The notes beneath the pieces are model-generated. The model was not told where the DNA came from. It ran no database searches and worked only from the letters and a program-made list of their open reading frames with translations. 64,000 bases of DNA, from the NCBI RefSeq assembly GCF_009914755.1, contig NC_060939.1. The stretch is one strand, 5' to 3'. This document shows, in pieces, positions 55,593 through 64,000 of this stretch. Every line of letters begins with the position of its first letter. Position 1 is the first letter of the stretch. Source of the stretch: the human T2T-CHM13v2.0 reference genome, Homo sapiens. The translations under genes and the position numbers were made by a program.

Positions 55593-57689
55593 CATCCATC
55601 TAACCCCCACACTACCCCATCCAGGTAACCAAGGAAATACAAATTTACCCTTATACCGGCCTAAGTCAAATGTAATTAGGAACGGAAACCTATTGCCTCT
55701 CCCAACCATGAATGTATATAAAAAGAAATAGAAGTAGAGTGGCTTAGAGGTTTCATAGCTTCAACATGATGATCTGTGCCAATACTCTGTTCTTCTTAGC
55801 ATAAAGGTGAACAGCACCCCTGCACTGTAGCGTGAAAGAGTGGATTTGAGTCTTGGCTCCACGGGCTCCTCATTGGACCTTGGCAGGTCACATGATCTTT
55901 GCAATGGGGGATTGTGAGGATCAGAGGAGGTGAGAATGTCCTTTGACAGTGTAGAGTGCTGTGTCAACATAGTGGGTTACATCTGAAGTTCTCAAACTTG
56001 ACTTCCCATTGGAATCACTTGGGGAGTTTAAAAAAAATTACTGCTGCCCAGGTCCCTCCACAGAATTCTGCTTAATGGGTGTGGGTAAAGCCTGGGCAAT
56101 GACATTTTAAAAGCTCCCCTGGTGATCCTAATGGGCAGTCATGTTTGAGAACTATGGGGCTTGACCATAGTCTTCCCAGAGGGCTCTCGCCCGCAATTTC
56201 ATCAGTATTTAGGTAGCACATAGGTGTAGACTTCAAAAGCTAGAGCTTGATCCAATCATTTCTGTGAGACCGATTCTCTTGAGGGGTGTGTGTGCACATG
56301 TGTATCTTGCTTCCTGTAGAGAAGTTTATATGTTACTTTAAAGACCTGCTAGGTTCTGTGTACCTCCTCCCCGGGCCTTGGTCATCTGCCATGCTTTCTT
56401 GGCTGGAACCAACACAGTGGACACCTTTACACACCTTGCAAGCCCAGGCTGCTGTTGCTGCCACCACCACCACCACCAACAAGGACCTAAGAGCCCCCAC
56501 ATGCAGCACAGACCTTCGAAGAGACAGACCCTGCTCCTGTACACTAGCTGGGCTGCACACGCACAGGCCCTGGCTTCCCAGTGCTGCCTAGAGGGCTGGG
56601 GCACCACCGGGACTGTTGGGCAGCAGATGCTCTGGCCATGACAAATGAGGGATCTGAGGGAGCCACAAGTCTGCTGCTGCCCCTTCTTCCCCTACAATGG
56701 GCTGTTTTACGCCACACGGGAAATGCTGAGACACTGAGCAAAGAGCAGCACGCGTGGTGAGGACAGGCTGGCTCGCTCGGCATCGGTGCTCTCTTCCGGC
56801 TTCACTTCTGCTTCTAGGATTGCTCCCACTCCCAAAGCATTCACAGAGGCTTTTGCCTCAGGCTGTTTTCTAGGGAACCTGGAGGAAGACATTTCCCCCT
56901 TGGGTTGTAGTATTCTTGTGAACAGGAGCCTGTCCTTTCCTTTATTCTCCCTGTGAAGTTATATATTTCTGTTCAATGCCTTTTTAAAGTTGTAGGCAAA
57001 TATGATTGCATTTATATAAAATTACAGGCAAGGGAAAAAGACTGGGAGGAGATATACCACAGCATTAATAGTGGCATTGTTAAGGTGATGGCAGGCTGAG
57101 TGATTTTTTTTTCCTTGTTTTATAAATGTTCTTTATGTTATTATATTTATGATGAAAAATATCTCATCAACATATATGAAAAAATACTCAAGGTCTTTTT
57201 TTTTTTTTGGCTCAAAAAGCAGCAAACATATGGTAAAATAAATGGGTGTTTAGGAAGCATGAAAATGAGGCCCTGAAGAAAGGAAGCAAGAAGTCAGAGC
57301 GCTTTGGAGGAAAGAAATCTCTGTACTAGATAAACATTCCTCCACGCCAGGGGAGAAGGAAAGGTCCTTCCAGATGGTAAAAACACGCTCAACTTGCCCC
57401 TGCGAGTGTTATAGCTTGAAAAGCTGAAGTGGAAGACATGCTTGAGTAGCCATAACTTTTAGGACAAATTCTAAGAGCGGGGGCTTTTGGACAGGACTTC
57501 AATTTATATTGAATTTACACTGATTCCACCAAAAGGAAATGTGTAAGCAAGATGGGATAAGAACAGGGTGGGTCTAGCTGAGGGCAGTTAAAGACAAGAG
57601 ACAAAGATCCTGAAGCCTATCTTTAAAACCCCTGGATTCATTGTGACTTTCAGGAGAGCCCAGGAGGTGGGAACAGCGGGGGAACCAAC

Positions 57690-57820
57690 CACAGAATCAC
57701 AGCGTTGCCAAGGGCTCCCACTGCCAGGTCGATGAGCCCATCCTCATTGAGGTCCAATTGCCCGTGGATGCTGCAGCCAAAATACTGGAGGCCGGTAGCC
57801 AGCTCTGAGGCTGTGATTCT
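57690..57820 (-). CDS. ITGA11: ITGA11 exon 15 (RITASELATGLQYFGCSIHGQLDLNEDGLIDLAVGA...), FG-GAP repeat
   Basis: AG/GT flanks, 131 nt, DxNxDG cation-binding motif. Confidence 0.96.
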
Positions 57821-58567
57821 CTGCAGGGCGCGGGAAGAGAGGGGGAGGGCATGCACACTGTGAGTGTGGGGGCGGGCGTCCCCGAGCAGCAGGAACAATC
57901 AGGAACAATAGGGAGCCTGTGTGAAACCACCAAGAAGCTTCCCCAACCCAAAGCAATCTCCTCTCTTGGCCTATCATGGCACCTGAAATTCCTACCATTC
58001 AAGTCATTCTTTTGGATTAAAATATCGTGTCTTAAAAGAGTTCCCCATTAAGTGTAAATACATGTTACTTGGAGGCGACCCATCCCCATCTCTCACGCTG
58101 GTCTATTTTTTAGGCTATTTTACTGATAAACCGTGTGGGCAAAAGAATGATCCTCAGGGGACGGGACCCGAGACGGGTTGGTTTTGAGGTGGGCATGGTT
58201 TCTAGCATGAAGCATTTCCAGAGAAGAGTGAGCCCAGAAGGGATGCTCTACTGGTAGGCAACTGCATGTGTGCGCGTCTCGGGGGGAGTGAGGGTCAGGT
58301 GCCAGGGACTTCTTGTTGTTTGTTGTTGGGGGAGGATGAGGGTAAGCAGGGAGAGAGTGCCAAAGGGGGTGATGGGAGGGTCCTGAAGGTAAAATGTGCC
58401 CTTTTCAAAATTTCCACTTGGGGAAGCATGGCCAGGACAGATTGGCATCCGTTTCTGTGAGAGGGCCTGGAAGAAAATCCTGAACCAGATGAGGCACAGA
58501 AGCTCCTGGGACTCCTGGGACTCCTGCAGCCCCATTTGCTCCATCTGCTTCCCCAGGGAAGCCTGAC

Positions 58568-58771
58568 CTGCTTAGGTGTCTTCAGGATGCTGCCTCGGAA
58601 GCCGTGGAAGATGTAGATGGCTCCTGCGTGGTTGTCCTCCAGGGGGGCTCCCACCACCACGTCATTGTAGGAATCCTGGTTGAGGTCTCGAACTGAGGCA
58701 ATGGAGGACCCAAATCGGGCATTCTGGTAACTGTGTGAATCCTTTAGCGTTCCGTTATAAACAAACCGGTT
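58568..58771 (-). CDS. ITGA11: ITGA11 exon 14 (NRFVYNG...ARFGSSIASVRDLNQDSYNDVVVGAP...KTPKQ), FG-GAP repeat
   Basis: AG/GT flanks, 204 nt. Confidence 0.96.
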
Positions 58772-59046
58772 CTGCAAAACCAGGGGCAGAAAAAGGCTGG
58801 GGAGGGTTTGGCAAAAGTCCTCAGGCTCATAATTCCCTCTGCAGGCTGCTCCGGCATCCTCTCACCACTCCATTCCCCAGAACCCCGTCTCTGGCTATAT
58901 GAACCCAGCCACAGAGGAGGCTCTGATTCTCCCCAGGCCTGGCTCCAGCACTGGCCTCGCTAGTAACGCATTTCCGTCGTGGCTACCCAAGTCAAAGCAG
59001 AGGTTGGGGGCCCCTGAGAAGCTGCCCAGCCCCTGCCCAGCTGTAC

Positions 59047-59187
59047 CTGTCTCAGCTCATAGACGTACACCTTGCCTCGCTCACGGCCCTCGTTGAAGTA
59101 CATGGGTGCGCCCACCAGCAGGACATCAGTCACGCCGTCGCCGTCGATGTCCACCGAGGTGATTTCACTCCCAAAGTAAGAGCCTAT
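59047..59187 (-). CDS. ITGA11: ITGA11 exon 13 (IGSYFGSEITSVDIDGDGVTDVLLVGAPMY...ELRQ), FG-GAP repeat
   Basis: AG/GT flanks, 141 nt, DxDxDG motif. Confidence 0.96.
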
Positions 59188-59815
59188 CTGCGGCACGTGA
59201 TGGGAGAGAGGAGTGGGCTGGCTGCCCAGCTCGCACAACCCAGAGCCCTCGCCTCGCGGGCAGAGGGAAGCCAAGGTCATCCTTTGACTCAGAATTTTTG
59301 GTGAACAAATGGATCCTCCCTTCTCACGCGCTACCTCTCTCTCCTGTCCCTCAGAGTGGACTTGTCTGTTTTCAGTTTGCCCTTCTCCCCTTCCCTCTTT
59401 TCCTTCTGTCATTATCCCCTCGCCACTCTTCTTTCTTTCTGTTAATTTTGTTGGTGGCCATTTATCTTGTGTGTAAAGTGATATAATGGCAAAAAATCAG
59501 GAGACTATTTAAAAGTATGAAGAAGACATCCAAACATAACTACCATGAACGTTTTAGTGGATTTTATTCTAGTTTTTTTCCCCTGAGGCATGTTGCCTAT
59601 TTGTAGGTGTGTGTATATATGCTTTTATTTTTACAAATTGGGGTAATAAGGCAAATATAGTTTATATACTGATTTTTAAATAAAACAATACATCATGAAC
59701 ATTTTTCTATGATGTATTATATTTTCATCTACAACATAATCACTGGTGATTCCACAGTGCTCCAAATTATGCATGTATCATAATGTGTTTAATCAGTTAT
59801 TGCTGGACGGTTAGC

Positions 59816-60106
<291 letters not shown>

Positions 60107-62407
60107 TAATTTTTGATGTTATAAATCATTCTGGCATTAGCATCGTGGATGGTGAATTATGATTTCTTTCAGTGTCTGAGCACTTGCTGTGTTCCCCTTC
60201 TGTTTGGGGTACAGTGCTCCCCACTTCAGTGAGGGCAACATCCACCCCCTCATCAGAAACCCAGAAACCCTGACTCCACCCTCCACCTCTCCCACCCGTA
60301 AACCTGCCAGCAAGTGCTACGTGGTGGGTGCCAATTCACCAACTGCTCCCCCCTGCTTCGTCCCTAGGTGAGGCGCCTTCTAAAGGGCCTTCCAGCCTCA
60401 GGCTGGCCCCTTCAGCCCACCCCCATGGCAGCTGGCGTGGCCTCTAACACCACTCCACCTCTTGCTTTTGGGATAGTATCTAAACTCTCTAGCAGGACCG
60501 TGCTGGACCAGCCTCCCTCCCCAGCCTCTGTCCCCACAAGCTCCTGCTCCCACTGCAGTGCTCCCGGGTCCTGCCAAACTGAGTTATTTCTCTTCTCCAA
60601 AGGCCCCAGGCCTTGGCTGGCTTCCAGGCTTCCCTCTGCACAAGCTTTTCTCTTGCATGCACTCCCCGCCCCTGCGTCCTCCCCAGACCATCCCCTGCCA
60701 TCCCTCAAGTCTCAGCTGATGTGTCACTTCCTGTTAGAAGCTATCCTTGACCTTCTCCACTCTGCTCCCTGCCCCTTTTCCATGTGCCTTCAGCTCCATA
60801 CTCCTCCCACCAGCCCCCACTCCCTCTGCTGGGAGCCTCATGAGGGCAGGCATTGAGCCTGCTGTGTTCCCTCTTGGCCAGGGTACTTTGCCTGGCACAC
60901 AGAAGGTACCTAATCAATGCTTATTGGATCACTGGGTAGCTTAGGAAAGGGGAAGGCGCCCTGTTCGTGGACAAGCCCTGTGTGGGATGGTTTATAGCCT
61001 TGGGTTAGCTCATGTGAGCCCCATGCTGCTAGGAGAGAGAGTCATCCTCATTTTCAAGGGAAGGAACCAAAACTCAGAGAATTGCTTGCCCAAGGTCAGA
61101 AGGCCGGTCACCTGGTCACTGCCAAGCTGGTTGGAACTGGGGTCTGTCTGACACCCTGGCTCATGATTCTGCCTACCCCGTCCATCTCTGGCTTAGCGTG
61201 TTTTCAGGAGAAATCTATTCTCAAGGATGAAAAGCTTTTAACTGAGGAGAAGGATAAAAAATTTAGAAGAGAGGAAAGGGAAATAATACACATGGGTGGG
61301 AGAGGGAAGAGATGTGCCTACATAAAGTAACTAAGAAGCGGACAGACAGCAAGTGAGGGAGGGGGCGGGAGAAATTTGTCTAAATATGTGGCCTCAGCTA
61401 TGTGGGTCACCGCGATTTGGAATTCACTTAATTTAGCTGCCTTCAGCACTGTGGTTTCTCCTTCGGATGTTGGAGGCGGAACTGGGCAGGAAAAATGTCA
61501 TAAATTCATCAGCAAATTCCCTCCAGCTCTCAAGGTCTAGCCCTCGATTCCCAAAAGAGCTGGCCCTGGGTGAGTGTGGGCAGGCAGGGTGGAGGGTGAG
61601 AGCTGAGCTGCCTGGGATGGCCTGCACCCAAGAGACAGGAGGAGGAATGGCAGGAGGGTGGCGCTCTGCAGTGAGAGGGATTTAGGTTAGACTCGGTGAG
61701 GAGCGGATTCTCACAGTGACCAGCCAAGGGCAGTCAGAGACTCAGGAGACAGGACTGTTCCCAGGCTCAGGAGAGCCGGCAGGGAGCTGGGGACAACATG
61801 GAAGGGCCTGGACAGCACTCAGCTCTGGCCTAGAGAGGGCACAGATGCTGCTGGTTAGGAGGAGCCCAGGCCTGATTTTGGGGTTATTTGGGGTCAGGAG
61901 GTGGCATGATGCAGGCAGCCCCACCAAGAGGGTTCTTGGCTTGACCCAGTCATGAATTTGCCATAGAACCCTGGGAAAGCCACCTTGCTTCCCAGGAGCC
62001 CAGTTTTCCCCTGTGCTGGAAGTGACTTGGGATTGGAGCCCTGTTTTCACCACCAATGACTCTTATAGCTTTCCAATTTGCATTCATCATTGTCCACCAC
62101 AGGACTCTTGGCAGCACAGTCTGGTTGCCAACCACCTCCCTGTGGGGCAATGGCATTGGCAGCCTTCCCATTCCTCATTGCTTCCATTCCAGGAAAAGGG
62201 AAGCAGCTGGCATCCTGGAGGGCCCATGGGGCCTTCTGTAGGTGGATGCGCACTCCTGCCACTCCTGGCAGCATGAAGGTGGCTGGAGGAACATGACTGC
62301 CCTTTGGGGCACCCAGTGGTCCAGGCATGCCTGTATTTACTGCCCTCCCATTTGTCTGATCTGCCCCCTCTTCCCTCCATCCCGGCCCCAGGCTCCCCCT
62401 CCATTAC

Positions 62408-62556
62408 CTGCTGGCCCCGCATAGCCTGGTGGATGGTGAGGCTCCGGTTGTTGTGCATGGTGAACAGGATGACCTTGCCCGTGTGGTTGAACCGGGGGGC
62501 TCCGGCCACGTACACTCGCCCCTGCCTGGAGGACACGACCGATGTGACTGTGTACC
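62408..62556 (-). CDS. ITGA11: ITGA11 exon 12 (YTVTSVVSSRQGRVYVAGAPRFNHTGKV...GQQ); the gene continues beyond the window
   Basis: AG/GT flanks, 149 nt, GAPR motif; exon numbering from recall. Confidence 0.95.
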
Positions 62557-64000
62557 CTGCCACAGGAGGAAACAGGCTGATCTTTGGCACCGTGTCCTCA
62601 GCAGGCGTTGCTTGGCCCGGTGCATGGCTTGGCAGTGCCAGAGGATGGGCCAGTGATGGGGTAGGTTCAGGGCTAGCTGAGCAGATTCAATCACGCAGGG
62701 CCATAATTCCTAGGGGCAGCTGGGGAGGCCTGGAAGAGGCAGGACCCAGGAAGGGGGTTTGGAGGGTAGGGAGAACTCACTGCACCCCAGCCCCTGCTGG
62801 AGAAAATAAAGGAAGCCAGGTGGGACTGCTAAAAGACTAACTTGAAATGCACACATCCCTCCTTCACCTGCTCATGAGCACAGCAGAGGGCAATGGGGAG
62901 TAGGGCAGACTCTAGCCTCACTTCAGTTAATACTGGGGAGACTTTGTTTTGGTTCCCCACCAATCTTCACTCTCGGAGACTAACCAGGGTTCTCTTTATT
63001 ACCACAAACGCCTGCTAAGTGGCTCACTGAGGACTAGAGTGTGAGCCGTAAATGTGGAAGGAGTTGGTCTGCTTCAGATATTTACATGGGGTCTCAGGGA
63101 TTCTTGCAGCCCCAAAGCTTTGCAGACTCAAAGGTGGAAGCTCCTAGGCTCTTGTCAGCCCCATACATACAGCATGCCAAAGAGAAAGAAAAGGAACCCC
63201 AGGGGCTCTTTTGGAAAGGCTGCCAATCCCCGCTCCCGGTATGGCTGTGCCTGATCACTGTGAATCTCAAGTCGCCCACCCAGTACCCAGGAAGCAAATG
63301 TGCAGCAACTTCAGGCAACTCTCCTGAAAGTGGGCTCCAGCAGGTGTGGAAAGCCGATGGCATCCTAGAATCCCACTTTCTGCCAGATAATCTTGGATCC
63401 CAGATTTTAGATGAGTGTTGGACTTTGTTGACAGTTCCTGGGCTGTTTCTGGGGAACAGATGTCCCCTGCAATGCACGTGTGTGAGTGTGTGTGTGCACA
63501 TATATGCGTGTGCATCTGCGTATCTGTGTGTGTAACACTGTCACTTGGGTCTCATTGGCTGCTTCTAGAGTGGCTATAGGGTGTACAGATGAGCTGACTC
63601 AGTGCCTGGGGGTGAACTGCTCTGGTTCCAGACACAACAGTTTTCACTCTTGAGGCTGTACTTTGGGAAATGAGGCTTGACAGGTCCATAATACCAAGAC
63701 CTCACAAGGGGTGGCTAACATGGCCATGTATTTAGAGCAATCATAAATATATGGGTGGGTGGGCTTAGCCTTGTGGTGTAGGGCAAAGGTTTCTTCTGAG
63801 CTGAGCCCTCAGTGGCACTACTGTAAATGTTCTCAGTTGGTCTTGGGCTTCTGGGCCTGCTTGGAAGGAGGGGCACTGAGATGCAGTTTGAGGTCCAAGT
63901 GTCCTCTGGGCAGGCATGGGTCAGCATTCAAAGTTCACAGAGCTTCCTGCCTTCCAGCTGTCTGTGGGCAGCACCTTTGGTACCCAGGCAACTCTCTGGC

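Overview
Primate, almost certainly human, genomic DNA (FEM1B/ITGA11 locus, recalled as chr15q23). Two genes face each other tail to tail. FEM1B is complete on the + strand: CpG-island promoter, 2 coding exons (5157-5404, 16326-17961) giving 627 aa, and a long AT-rich 3'UTR. The 3' part of ITGA11 (integrin alpha-11) is on the - strand: 19 coding exons, numbered 12-30 by recall, all GT-AG and phase-consistent, ending at the TGA at 29747-29749. The rest is intronic or intergenic repeat sequence (Alus, MIR, L2, old L1, THE1/MLT LTRs, MER5, Hsmar2 mariner). Nearly all other ORFs in the track are spurious or repeat-derived. The strongest observations are: (1) several translational-control elements on FEM1B, namely a strong-Kozak uORF, an overlapping uORF, and an 81-nt in-frame stop-readthrough extension containing a miR-29 8mer site; (2) an FEM1B exon junction that recreates a 5' splice site; (3) an Hsmar2 copy whose 3' third is inverted, giving three terminal-repeat ends, nested in an L1 and hit by two Alus; (4) tandem or duplicated splice sites in ITGA11. 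No prokaryotic-type system (CRISPR array, operon) is present.
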